Below are positions 30,436 to 41,259 of a stretch of DNA of 64,000 nucleotides, one piece after another. The DNA lies in contig OY968764.1 in NCBI GenBank assembly GCA_963695335.1, positions 480,001 to 544,000 on the forward strand. Direction: 5' to 3'. Made by a program: the position numbers and the translations under genes. The notes under the pieces were generated by a model that had not been told where the DNA came from, made no database searches, and saw nothing but the letters and a program-made list of their open reading frames with translations. This DNA comes from an uncultured bacterium. GTDB lineage: Bacteria; Babelota; Babeliae; Babelales; Vermiphilaceae. Positions within the stretch are counted from its first letter, which is position 1; every line of letters begins with the position of its first letter.

Positions 30436-31659
30436 CTAATTTTTTGTTTCAATAATAGATTCGTCATTTTTATATTGATTGATTCTTATAAGAAATTTTT
30501 CTATTGCTTGTGTGAATAATTCTGAAGATTTTTTTGATAATGGTTCACCATTAACAATACTGTAGACTTTGCTTTGGATTTCATCAAGAATGCTATTAAT
30601 AAGCGTGATGCTAGATATAAATTCAGTACTATTACATGGTTTTTTTATAATATTAAGAGCTTCGTATACGCGTGATGTTATCTCTGAAGTAATATTTAGA
30701 TTACATAATTTTGCATTATAAAAGACATAAGAAGCCAATGTATTAAATTCATGAGACTGAGATGCATCATATTGCTGATTGCTAAGTATTATTATTATGG
30801 CTTCTTGTACACCAAAGGAGTCAAAACGACTAATGAGATTTTTGTGGTCTAATCGTCCTTTATAGAGATTATGAGCAAGCTCAATGATATCACAATTAAA
30901 GTTTTTTATAAGGAAGTTTTTTTGTGCGATAGGATCAGTAATATTGTTAGATGTAAGATATTCACTTATTTGTTTTTTAAGATGAATGAGTTCTGCATAA
31001 GCTATAGGTAAGCTTTTATGTTGTATGATAGATAAGATATTTTTTAAATCATTGGAAAATATAGATTCGTATTGTGTCATATCAATATGATCGTTGCGTG
31101 ATATATAACAATCATGAGCAGTTTGACGTACATCAAAACCATATTGTTTAATAACCCATTCTTTGATTTTAGCACCCTGAATAATATTTTTTTCTCGTGT
31201 TTGTTTTAATAATTTATACTTTAAACTTTCTAATTCTTTTGATGCTTTTTCAAGAGGGGCATGGGCGATGTGATGCAACATAGTAGTTATAGGATCAAGA
31301 TAAATTTTTTCTACTATAGCAAGGCATATCTTATCTCTAAGTTTATTTTTGTTGAGTGTTTTGCGAGTGCGGGGATATAAACGGTTGATTTTATTTAAAA
31401 GAGCATCAATATCACCTTTTTGCTGTAAAAGTATGCATTGTTCTTTATATTCCTGAATCTTCTTGCGTGATTTTGCACTCGTATGATTATCGATGTAATC
31501 TTGGCCTGTTATATCAATTATGAAGGCAGTTTCTGCTTCAATAAAGCTTTGCCACTCATCATCATTACGACCATTAGCTAAATTAGGGATGGAAACAATT
31601 GATAATGAAATGCTAGTAAAATAAATAAGAGATAAGAAATTTTGACGAAAGTATGACAT
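30436..31659 (-). CDS. Secreted paralog of the toxin central region, lacking a toxin domain
   Basis: YKEQCILLQQKGDI, CLAI.EK...DPIT and YGFDV...A..CY.SR are shared with the split toxin. Confidence 0.8.
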   Translation of the reverse strand: MSYFRQNFLSLIYFTSISLSIVSIPNLANGRNDDEWQSFIEAETAFIIDITGQDYIDNHTSAKSRKKIQEYKEQCILLQQKGDIDALLNKINRLYPRTRKTLNKNKLRDKICLAIVEKIYLDPITTMLHHIAHAPLEKASKELESLKYKLLKQTREKNIIQGAKIKEWVIKQYGFDVRQTAHDCYISRNDHIDMTQYESIFSNDLKNILSIIQHKSLPIAYAELIHLKKQISEYLTSNNITDPIAQKNFLIKNFNCDIIELAHNLYKGRLDHKNLISRFDSFGVQEAIIIILSNQQYDASQSHEFNTLASYVFYNAKLCNLNITSEITSRVYEALNIIKKPCNSTEFISSITLINSILDEIQSKVYSIVNGEPLSKKSSELFTQAIEKFLIRINQYKNDESIIETKN

Positions 31660-31697
31660 GTGATTGTTCCAAAAAAATAATAATGAAGTAGTTTGGT

Positions 31698-32075
31698 TTA
31701 ATTTTTTGTTTCTATAATAAATTGATCATTTTCATGCTTGATGATTACTTCTTTGGGTTTTAGCTTACACACTTTTTCTTCCCAATCAGTAATAATTTGC
31801 ACATATTGTTTGCGAGTCATTTTTAACAAAGTTGGAATTTCTTCTTCAGAATACAAATCAGAAAGCAATATGTAATTGCCGTCTTTTTCTAATGCAGTAA
31901 GATTACCGTTGGTTGAATAACCCCAATCATCGTTAAAACCCCATTCTTTAAAAGAAGAAGGATGATAACCAACATCTGTTGCTAAAAAATGTCCCAAAAT
32001 AGTCATTTTTTCATTTGAGGCATCTTCATAACGATAATGTCCACTAGTAGAAATAGTTAATTTAATAAATTCCAT
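31698..32075 (-). CDS. Putative immunity protein of the EndoU toxin
   Basis: 125-aa ORF whose ATG directly follows the toxin TAA; no signal peptide. Confidence 0.7.
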   Translation of the reverse strand: MEFIKLTISTSGHYRYEDASNEKMTILGHFLATDVGYHPSSFKEWGFNDDWGYSTNGNLTALEKDGNYILLSDLYSEEEIPTLLKMTRKQYVQIITDWEEKVCKLKPKEVIIKHENDQFIIETKN

Positions 32076-32803
32076 TTAAATCCTTGCTTCTACGATAGGA
32101 TAGGCTGTTGTGATTTGACCATTTTTGGTTATATACATTTCAATTTCTATGCCTTCGCTTGTAAAACCGCTAATTATATATTTTCCACCAGATTCTTTTT
32201 TGGCAATCGCTCCACTTTTTATAAAGTCGTCATATGCTTCACCTATTTTGCGAACTACTTCTTCACGTGACCAATGTTGAGGAAAAAACGTTTTATTGGG
32301 TATTCGTGAACCGTCTATCACTAAATCCGTAAGATAACATCCATTTTTTTCAATGCCTTTTTCTATAAATTGAACGGCACCACTATTTTTTACAGCACCC
32401 TTTAAATCATGGTGAAATCCTCCGATTCCCGACACTCTTCCTTTTTTAGACCATCCTAAACCTTCTAGAGTAAAAATATGCTCATATGGTAATTGGACTT
32501 TTTGATTTTTACACTCAGCAAAACCATATCTATGGTTACCAAAGACGTTTTTTAATGAATCTAATTCTTTTTTAAAGTTACCCAAGACATTAATTTTTTC
32601 ACTTTCTAGCAACGTTTTACTGCTATTGATGATAGCTTTTACACTGCCACTCTTATTCATATTGTGCATAGCATCAGACATTTTTATTGTAATGCCTTCG
32701 GCTGTCACTAAAATAGGATTGTCAGCCAGATGCGTATCAAAGCCTTTTTTGAATGTACGTGCTACAGCAGTAGTGGATTTGCCAAGTTTTTCTAATACAT
32801 CTA

Positions 32804-33781
32804 ACGTGAGTTCGATCTAAGAAAATTTTAAAAAAAAATTCATTACGATATCCTTTTAAAAACAATCAAACTTAAAAAAGGGTATTGTAATGAATTTGAC
32901 TACTATTTTCTACCATTGTGATGAATTTTGCAAATTTTTTGAAAAAGAGTTTCCAATCCGTGTTCTTTCTGATGGGAAAAATATTAGAAAAAGGAATGGA
33001 TCTTTAAAGCTTAGTGAAACTATGACGATTGTCATTTATTATCAGCAATCTGGCTATAAAACATTCAAGGATTATTACACAAAAAGTGATGAATTAAAAT
33101 CAGCGTTCCCTGGTCTTACAAGCTATAATCGTTTTGTAGAATTACAACAAAAAATTACAATGCCTTTAGCTATTTTTACAAAATTATATGCGCTTGGAAA
33201 ATGTGATGGCAATTCATACATTGACAGTTTTTCACTGTCTGTAAGTCATCAAAAAAGAATATCTTCTCATAAAACCTTTAAAGGATTAGCCGCTCGAGGA
33301 AAAACAAGTGTGGGTTGGTTTTACGGATTCAAAGTTCATGTAATTATCAATGGTTGGGGAGAAATTATTGATTTTTGTATCACCTCAGGAAATGTTGTTG
33401 ATAATAATACAAAAGTTATTGAAAAAATAACTGAAAAAATTCATGGAAAAGTTTATGGAGATAAAGGCTATTTGCTTAATTCAGAACTGTTTCAAAAGCT
33501 TTACTCTAAAGGCATTCATATTGTTACAAAAATTCGAAATAATATGAAAAATAAGCTTATGGATGTTAAAGATAAAATCATGTTAAAAAAACGTGGAATC
33601 ATTGAGTCTGTTGGAGCAATTCTTAAGGAGGATCTTAATATTGAACATTCACGATATCGTAGTCCAAGATCATTGATTATAAATGTATTTGCAGCTTTAG
33701 CTTCTTACGGATTTCGAAAAAAAAAGCCATCAATATACAAAAAAAGCTTTTTTCTATTGACGGCTTAGATCGAACTCACGT
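32804..33781 (+). mobile_element. IS982-family insertion sequence (978 bp)
   Basis: Perfect 18-bp inverted repeat ACGTGAGTTCGATCTAAG; 8-bp target duplication TACATCTA at 32796-32803 and 33782-33789. Confidence 0.95.
32890..33768 (+). CDS. IS982-family DDE transposase
   Basis: SYNRFVEL, YIDS, GWFYGFKVH, GDKGY and KRGIIES motifs. Confidence 0.93.
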   Translation: MNLTTIFYHCDEFCKFFEKEFPIRVLSDGKNIRKRNGSLKLSETMTIVIYYQQSGYKTFKDYYTKSDELKSAFPGLTSYNRFVELQQKITMPLAIFTKLYALGKCDGNSYIDSFSLSVSHQKRISSHKTFKGLAARGKTSVGWFYGFKVHVIINGWGEIIDFCITSGNVVDNNTKVIEKITEKIHGKVYGDKGYLLNSELFQKLYSKGIHIVTKIRNNMKNKLMDVKDKIMLKKRGIIESVGAILKEDLNIEHSRYRSPRSLIINVFAALASYGFRKKKPSIYKKSFFLLTA

Positions 33782-35033
33782 TACATCTATCTCTTTAAGA
33801 AAATTATAAGCGGCGCCAAGGCCTTCGCAGACCATAACATCCGCCATGAATTGGCCTATAAAAACAGCGTATTGATCACCGGTCACGTCTTGTAGCGGTT
33901 CCATTATTTCGCAGAAAACATCAATGCGTTGCTGATATTCTTCTGGAGATAAATATAATTTTCCAACGGTAAGGTCTGATGTAAAATGAGCGGTATTTAT
34001 TATCAGTTCAGTGAGTGTGTATGTTGTAGTGATGCCATTGTGCATTACAGCAATAGGATCATTCCATAGAGCAGCGCCTCCTTTTTTTAAAAGTGATCTG
34101 AGGTCGCAGGCAAGATGTCCCATGTTAGAAACTTGCGTAACTGGATTAAGTCCTTTGAAAAAAGCGCCAAATCCTTTCAATAATAGTTCCGATGATCGTT
34201 GTAATACTGGATGTGTGCCGCTCAAAATAGCATGTGCTAGTTGTTGCATGTCACCCAATGTACGACTAACCATTGAGAAATTAAAGATGAATGTAGGGTG
34301 ATCTTTTGCTGTTCTGATAGCATCTATGGAGTTATAAACGTGTAATTCTATTTTGAGCAAATTGCTGAAGTTACAAAGACGTGCATTACCAAATATATGT
34401 TGCGCAAGATCATTCATTTCATTGGCTACTGACTCATAACTATTATTATTCTCAAGAATTTTTACAGCAGCTTGATTCACATCAATAGCCATAAAAGATT
34501 CAGCAAGTTTTATATGATCCGTTCGTGCTTCATATGTTTTATGAGCAAGTCCAACAATGTTTTTGCCAAATGATTTTTTAATGTATTCTTTTTGTGCGGT
34601 GGGGGCAGTGAGATAACGTTCTTCAAAAACTTTATTTACTTGTTTATCAAGACGAACCAGTTCTGCGTGAGCAATTGGTAAATCTTTATGCTTTATGTTG
34701 TCGATAATTGCTCGCATAGTGTTTGCAGTGCGGGATTGTTTTTCTGGTGCAGCAATATAATCAGCTCGAGATACATAACAGTTTTGCGCAGCACTTAAAA
34801 CATCAAAACCGTAGTGATCAACAGTCCATTGTGTAATTTGATCGTTGTTGGTCAGATTTTTTTCTTGCGCTTGATTATGTATTTGTGTTTCAAGATTTAC
34901 CATTTCTGTAATAGCTCTTTCAAGTGACGGAGCACGCCGAATGGCAGCAAGTATCATAGTAATTGGATCATGCAAAGCTTTTTCTGTTATTGCAAGACAA
35001 GCATTAGCAGTAAAATCATATTTTTTATTGTTA

Positions 35034-35883
35034 GGTTCTGTTGAGTTTTTGAAAAGATAAGTTTTGAAGTATGATAACACCGAAAAAGCAAAAACCAAAT
35101 CACTAAAACGGTGCTATCATGAAAAAAGAGTATATCAGCGAAATGGCCTGGAGCAAAATTTTTAATTTTTTAAAACAGCAAAAAAACATTTATATAAAAG
35201 AAGAAAAGGACTGTAAAAAGTTTATAGAAGGGACATTTTGGATGGCAAGAACAGGAGCACAATGGAGAGAGTTGCCGGAAAAATATGGAAATTGGAATAG
35301 TGTGTTCAGCAGATTTAATGCTTGGTCAAAAAAACATATTTGGGAAAAATTACTCAGTTTTTGTGCAGAGGATCCCGATATGGAATATGTAATGATTGAT
35401 GCCACGATAGTCCGCGCACATGCCTGTTCTGCTGGATATGATCAATTTAAAAATGAAGGACTGGGAAGAAGTAAAGGTGGTTTTACAAGTAAGATACATG
35501 CAACAGTAGATGCTTTAGGCAATCCTTTAAGATTTGTTATTACTCCTGGTCAGCGTAATGATATTACTCAGGCTGATATTTTATTAAAAGATATTTCTGA
35601 ATCATATGTAATAGCGGATAAAGGATATGATTCCACTGAATTACGTTCGAAATTAATAGAAAAAAATTGTGTTCCCGTTATTCCTCCAAGATCCAATCGT
35701 AAAGAACAATATCAATATGATGAACATCTATATAAAGAGAGACATGCGATTGAATGCTTGTTTTCAAAGATAAAACACTTTAGAAGAGTGTTTGCTCGTT
35801 TTGATAAATCGGCACGAAATTTTTTATCTTTTCTTTCTTTTGTGGGAACTTGCATATGGTTACGATGAAAACTCAACAGAACC
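35034..35883 (+). mobile_element. IS5-family insertion sequence (850 bp)
   Basis: 16-bp inverted repeat GGTTCTGTTGAGTTTT; TA duplication at 35032-35033 and 35884-35885. Confidence 0.93.
35119..35868 (+). CDS. IS5-family transposase
   Basis: RTGAQWRELP..YG.W, IDATIVRAH, GRSKGG.TSKIH, ADKGYD and R..IE..F..IK.FRR motifs. Confidence 0.95.
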   Translation: MKKEYISEMAWSKIFNFLKQQKNIYIKEEKDCKKFIEGTFWMARTGAQWRELPEKYGNWNSVFSRFNAWSKKHIWEKLLSFCAEDPDMEYVMIDATIVRAHACSAGYDQFKNEGLGRSKGGFTSKIHATVDALGNPLRFVITPGQRNDITQADILLKDISESYVIADKGYDSTELRSKLIEKNCVPVIPPRSNRKEQYQYDEHLYKERHAIECLFSKIKHFRRVFARFDKSARNFLSFLSFVGTCIWLR

Positions 35884-37030
35884 TAGTAACGATGTCAAAA
35901 CATATATTTTTGCGTTGATTATAAAGAGTAGCAATATCACCTTTTTGTTGTAATAAAATGCATTTTTCTTTGTAATGTTGAATGGATTGTTGTTCTTGTT
36001 CAGTGGCATAGACAGCAATATAATCTTGACGAGAAAAAAGATCTTGTTCGGCGATCCTTATTATATCCTCTCCGATAATGGAATGTATAAATCTTTCTTC
36101 CATATAGTTGTAAAACAAGGGCACTAAAAATTGATATTCACGGTCATACGGGAATAAAGCGTGTAATGTATTAAGAGCTGCATAGGCAGTGCTCGGATCA
36201 GCATAAAGAATCTGCTCGAGTAATTGTGTTATTTCTCCAGATATTGATTTGTCGATAAAAATTATCTCTTTTGGAACAAATTTAAAATTTTTTCTCCCAA
36301 CAACATCTTTAGTGCGGCATTCTAAGGTGTTTTTTTTAAGGAGTTGTAATTGTTTTTGAACAGTAGGGAGTTTTAATGCAGTAATAATATCATTACTATT
36401 ATTAATTTTAAAATTAACAGTTATTGGACTTATAGCAGCAGAAGATATTTTTTTGTTATGTATTTGTCGGTTATATTCTCTTGCTATTTTGTCTAGTTTA
36501 GTTATTTCTAGATTGCTGAAATTTGTAGATTTGTTTTGTGCTATTTGATTTTCATATATTTCTTGTTTTCGTGTATCGTTAAGTTGATCTTCTGAAAACT
36601 TTTTTTTCCAATCATCATCATACGAAGATGTTGTTGAATTGGAGTTGTTATTATCTTGAGAAGGTGACTCTACAGATGTTGATTTTGCATCATCACGATA
36701 TACGTAGACATCTTCTCTCACTTCCACTTCGAGTGTCTCTTTATTTATACAAACCCCAGTATATGTATCATAATTGTCATGATTAGTAACAGACAATGCA
36801 TGAGTATGAGTAGTTTTATCACATGTATGTCCATTGGAAGACGAATTGCCAAGATCAAATGACTGGCGTCCAGTAGATGTAGTAGATTCGCTTGTTGAAG
36901 TAAATCCAGCATCCTCAACGTTCCAATCATTAAAGCCTACAATAGTAATTTTAGCATATGTTGTAGAGCATATAAGTAATGTAATGATTGCATGCGATAT
37001 GTGTTTTTTTATTGGTAATATCATAATTGT

Positions 37031-38386
37031 TTAGTGTGTTTTAAGGAGTGCATGAGAATATTGTATTAAAAATTTTGATTCTTTTATAAAGATAAGCACA
37101 TTTACTGCAACAGAAAGAGGTACGCCCCATTTCTTTATTTTTTCATATATTTTTTCTGTCATATTTTCTTGTAATACTTCTGCTTCATCGTGTAATTGAT
37201 TAAGCGCTTGCTGAAAGTGAGTGCGAGTTAACACAATAGGGACTTCAGTTTTGACACTGTCTTGTCCTGAATAGTAAAACATTTTTGCACTATCAATAAT
37301 CAGTTGCACATCGCGTAAAGAGCAATTTTGTATGTGCTGTAACATGTGAGTGATAAATTCATCAGTTACTGAATCATCAAGTGTGACTGATTGGTCATGC
37401 GTGATGCTATTGATAAAAGTTTGAATTTTTTGATTGTTATTAAGCAGTGGCATTTTAATAATTTTTCCAGAAAATCGGCTTTTTATTTCTGGTGGCAATT
37501 TAGTGACATCGTTTGCTGTGCCAATAATAATAATGTTAGGGTTTTCTTTTTCAATTTTATCTAAAGCAAGCCAAAATGCGGCAGCACTTTGGGAGTCATC
37601 TGATTGGCTATTGGTATGATGTTCAAACAATTTATGCAGTTCATCAATGATAATTACCTTGGGTAATCTATTTTGAGTATGTTCTTGTAGGCATTTTTCT
37701 ATATTATTAGATGTTTGATTTCTAAAATGGCCGAGTAATGAGGTTGCAGGAATAAATACTACTGGGTAGTTAAGCATATGTGCTATTGCGTATGCCAGTG
37801 TTGTTTTTCCTGTTCCTGGTTGCCCTACCAAAATAAATCGATGAAAAGAGGGTACAAGATCTATTTTGTGCGATGCATTTTTATTATGTTGAGATGATTG
37901 CAAATAAGTGAAAATTCCTTTTAATAAAGCAGGTGCATTATCTATTGAAGATTCTAAAAGCCATTGTGGTATTTTTATTGGTAGTGGTTCTATTGAATGA
38001 GGTTGTTTTGAATTTTGAGTTGAGAGCTGTTCTTGCTCCAGTGGTTTTGCTTTTTCAAAAAAATCTGGATAGCGGTCTTTAAGAATAGCATAACCTTCTG
38101 GTCCAGTGCCAATGTAAGTAAATGTTAATATAACTTTTCCTTCGATAGCCATTTTATCTTGTAATACTACATTTCTTTCGACGTGTCTTTTTTCTGGTCG
38201 GGATTGTTCTGTCTGTGTAATAACTGGAATTTCATCTTTGTATAAAGGCTTCAATGGAGGTAAATCATTTATAGATTTTTGAGAATCATTTTTGTTTGAA
38301 ATGGCAGGTTTTTTTAATGACTTAGGTTTACTGAATAATAAAGAACTTGAAGCAATAATAAGTGTTATAAATATAAATTTTTTCAT
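37031..38386 (-). CDS. AAA-family ATPase with N-terminal signal peptide
   Basis: GQPGTGKT, IIIDEL, IGTAN and IKSRF; start MKKFIFITLIIASSSLLFS overlaps the upstream stop (ATGA). Confidence 0.88.
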   Translation of the reverse strand: MKKFIFITLIIASSSLLFSKPKSLKKPAISNKNDSQKSINDLPPLKPLYKDEIPVITQTEQSRPEKRHVERNVVLQDKMAIEGKVILTFTYIGTGPEGYAILKDRYPDFFEKAKPLEQEQLSTQNSKQPHSIEPLPIKIPQWLLESSIDNAPALLKGIFTYLQSSQHNKNASHKIDLVPSFHRFILVGQPGTGKTTLAYAIAHMLNYPVVFIPATSLLGHFRNQTSNNIEKCLQEHTQNRLPKVIIIDELHKLFEHHTNSQSDDSQSAAAFWLALDKIEKENPNIIIIGTANDVTKLPPEIKSRFSGKIIKMPLLNNNQKIQTFINSITHDQSVTLDDSVTDEFITHMLQHIQNCSLRDVQLIIDSAKMFYYSGQDSVKTEVPIVLTRTHFQQALNQLHDEAEVLQENMTEKIYEKIKKWGVPLSVAVNVLIFIKESKFLIQYSHALLKTH

Positions 38387-39738
38387 TGTTTTGTCTTTCT
38401 TTGCCAAGGCCATTTTTTTCTTTCTTCTTCAGCTTCTTTTTCAATGATAGTTTCTTTTTCACGAGTTTTTTTCATCATGTCATTATAAAGTTTTTTTTGT
38501 TCATCTGAGATAAGAGAATATTCTTTTTTGATACCATCTTTATAATGGGTATAATGTAAGTTAAGACCACTTTTTACATCGTTACCTGTATATACATCGC
38601 TGTTTGGGTTTGCGGATGCTTGTATTATTTGTTGTTGAACAAAATGTATTTGTTGCATGTCCATATTTTCTTTGTGATGACGGTTTTGTCGTTCTTCATC
38701 AGTTTCTTCTTCAAGATTGTAATTTGACTCCATTTTTTGTCTTAGGTATTGATCGGTTGCATAAGTGATAGCAGCTTGTTTAATAATTAAAGGTGAGGAT
38801 GGGGTTGTTTGATTTATTTTGCTTGTTCTGCATATTACTTTTGAGATATTTTCTAAATCACGCCCAGAAGAATCTCCCATTTTTTCTACTTCTTGAATCA
38901 GAAAGTCATCAGTTACTTCTTTATCGAGCATGGTATGTGGGTTTGTTAAATAATCACGAAGAAATTGCATTTTAATTGTGGAATCGGTCATGAGTGGGAA
39001 TTTTATGCAATCAGGAAGAATTCTATTTTTGTATGGTTTGGGTAGTTTGTTGATACGATTCATAGTTCCAATAAAAAAGAAATCTTTGTTGCCACTTTGT
39101 TGATCAAGAAACATCCATAATGCTTTTGATGTTGCATCTGTATCATGATGTTTACTTTCACTGTTTTCTAGCAATAGATTGAGCTCATCAATAATCAAAA
39201 TGGTTGGTTTTTTTGAAGCTTTAATCGCATCAAGCTCTCTTTCAAGTCGCATAGCTGTGTGATTACGCTGTTCTCCGAGTAGAGAAGTACTTGATATAAT
39301 TTTATATTCCCAACCATGTTCAATCATTTTGTGTGCAATAGCTTTAGCCATTGTTGTTTTACCTGAACCAGGTTCGCCAACAAATATTGCTGATCGGTAA
39401 TCTTCATTAAGAGGGAAAAAAGTAGGGTTTTGTAAATGGTTAACAATGAACCGCGCTTCTTTTGGAGAAGATTTGAATACTAAGCTCATTTTTTTCATAT
39501 CGAGCTCAGTAAAAGCAAGTGATTGTGTAGCGGACAGAGTTGTTTCTTGTTGTTGCGGGTAATGGTGATGATGGTGTTGATGATAATGATTATGTTGTTG
39601 CGCGCTAAGAGCATTGTGGATTAGTTCTAATATATCTGATTCGTCGAATGGTTTTATAGGAGGAGGAGAATTGTCTACTGCTAATGAACTGTTAAAAAGA
39701 CACAATGATAGGAAAATAATTCCATAGTTATATGGCAT
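38383..39738 (-). CDS. AAA-family ATPase with N-terminal signal peptide and His/Gln tract
   Basis: GEPGSGKT, LIIDEL, IGTMN and KNRI; signal MPYNYGIIFLSLCLFNSSLA. Confidence 0.88.
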   Translation of the reverse strand: MPYNYGIIFLSLCLFNSSLAVDNSPPPIKPFDESDILELIHNALSAQQHNHYHQHHHHHYPQQQETTLSATQSLAFTELDMKKMSLVFKSSPKEARFIVNHLQNPTFFPLNEDYRSAIFVGEPGSGKTTMAKAIAHKMIEHGWEYKIISSTSLLGEQRNHTAMRLERELDAIKASKKPTILIIDELNLLLENSESKHHDTDATSKALWMFLDQQSGNKDFFFIGTMNRINKLPKPYKNRILPDCIKFPLMTDSTIKMQFLRDYLTNPHTMLDKEVTDDFLIQEVEKMGDSSGRDLENISKVICRTSKINQTTPSSPLIIKQAAITYATDQYLRQKMESNYNLEEETDEERQNRHHKENMDMQQIHFVQQQIIQASANPNSDVYTGNDVKSGLNLHYTHYKDGIKKEYSLISDEQKKLYNDMMKKTREKETIIEKEAEEERKKWPWQRKTKQ

Positions 39739-39899
39739 GTGGTTACTCCGAAAAAAAACATTATGAAACACTGTTGTTTTTTCATTGTAATGAATTTTTT
39801 GTAATAAACAAATTTTTTATAAAATGTTGGTTGATGAGAGTGATTGTTCAGATAGGATTTATCGGCAACTTCAAAATGGTGAAGCAATAACATAGTTAA

Positions 39900-39960
39900 T
39901 TATATTGTGTTGAAATAAAAAAATCTCTTTTTATGGTAATTCATAAAGAGGGATTTTTTA
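39900..39960. repeat. Repeated stem-loop copy 3; right direct repeat, overlapping the rarA stop
   Basis: Matches 30373-30434; supplies the last codons KNPSL* of rarA. Confidence 0.8.
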
Positions 39961-41095
39961 AATATTTTTTACCTTTAATCTTTTCAGGTAATAAATCATC
40001 CGTTGTATATTTTTGGTAATTTTTCCCATACCCCAACTCTTTCATTAATGGCGTAGGTGCATTGCGGATATTCATAGGAATAGGTAAATTACCAAACTGT
40101 TTAACATCAGAAGTTGCGGCAAGATATGCATAATATGAAGATCTATCTTTTTGAGCTTGAGATAAATAACAAACACCGTGAGCTAAATTAATGGCACATT
40201 CTGGATAGCCGATAATTTCCACTGCTCTGAAAACATTATTTGCTATTGTTAACGCATAAGGATCTGCTAATCCAATATCTTCTGAAGCAAAGATAACCAT
40301 ACGTCTTGCGATAAATTTAGGATCTTCTCCCGCTTCTATCATTCGTGTTAAATAATATAATGCTGCATCAGGCTGGCTAGCACGCATTGATTTTATAAAA
40401 GCAGAGATAGTATTGTAATGTTCCTCTGCTTTTTTATCATAGCGTAAAAAACTGTTCTGTATTGTATTTTGAAGATTTTCTAGGGTAATTTTTTTATAGA
40501 GTGCGTACGTGTTTTCAATGACGTTTAATGCTTGGCGCGCATCACCATTTGCCATTGAAGTAATCCAATCTGAAGCCTCTTCATTTATTGCAATATCTGT
40601 TCGTTGAATAATCTGTTTCATGTCATCAGCAGATAATTCTTTTAAGACAAAAACGCGACATCGTGAAAGAAGCGCTGGTATAACTTCAAAGCTGGGATTC
40701 TCTGTTGTTGCGCCAATAAGAATCAATTCTCCTGATTCAACATATGGTAATAAAAAATCTTGTTGTGCTTTAGTAAACCGATGTATTTCATCCAAAAACA
40801 GTACTTTTATACTAGTATCGTTTTTTTTGATAATTTGCTTAATATCATCTTTTCCAGCCGATACAGCTGAAAATTCATAAAAAGAGGCTTGGATAGCGTT
40901 GGCATATATTCGGGCCAATGTGGTTTTTCCAACACCTGGAGGACCCCATAAAATAAAGCTAAAAATATGTTGTTTTTCAATAGCTATGCGTAAAGGTTTT
41001 TCTGGACCAACTAAATGGTGTTGGCCAATAAATTCATCCAAAGATAAGGGTCTGATTTTTGTAGCCAAAGGCTCATGAAAGTGATTTTTTGCCAT
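39941..41095 (-). CDS. rarA: Replication-associated recombination protein A (RarA/MgsA)
   Basis: PLA..IRP..L....[34 protein letters not shown] and [10 protein letters not shown]. Confidence 0.95.
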   Translation of the reverse strand: MAKNHFHEPLATKIRPLSLDEFIGQHHLVGPEKPLRIAIEKQHIFSFILWGPPGVGKTTLARIYANAIQASFYEFSAVSAGKDDIKQIIKKNDTSIKVLFLDEIHRFTKAQQDFLLPYVESGELILIGATTENPSFEVIPALLSRCRVFVLKELSADDMKQIIQRTDIAINEEASDWITSMANGDARQALNVIENTYALYKKITLENLQNTIQNSFLRYDKKAEEHYNTISAFIKSMRASQPDAALYYLTRMIEAGEDPKFIARRMVIFASEDIGLADPYALTIANNVFRAVEIIGYPECAINLAHGVCYLSQAQKDRSSYYAYLAATSDVKQFGNLPIPMNIRNAPTPLMKELGYGKNYQKYTTDDLLPEKIKGKKYLKNPSL

Positions 41096-41259
41096 GATAA
41101 TTCTCCTATAATTAATAATATAGATATTGACAAAAATGTCAATATCATTAATTACAGAATGAATTAATATATAGATTGGTCGGCATATTATCAAATTGTC
41201 CAGGAAGCACCTGGACAAGTACAAATTTTATCGAGCAACGAAGATTAAGCAGTTAATTA

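Larger units (their letters stand above)
32076..37024 (-). pseudogene. Secreted polymorphic toxin with C-terminal bacterial EndoU nuclease, interrupted by two IS elements (1036 aa when restored)
   Basis: EHIF, GFHHD, KTFFPQHWS, I.EAY and ITTAYP EndoU motifs; removing each IS plus one target duplication joins the three ORFs in frame. Confidence 0.88.

Noticed and set aside
33776..35098. Stand-alone 440-aa gene
   Set aside because: Its first and last codons come from IS ends; it is the middle fragment of the toxin gene.
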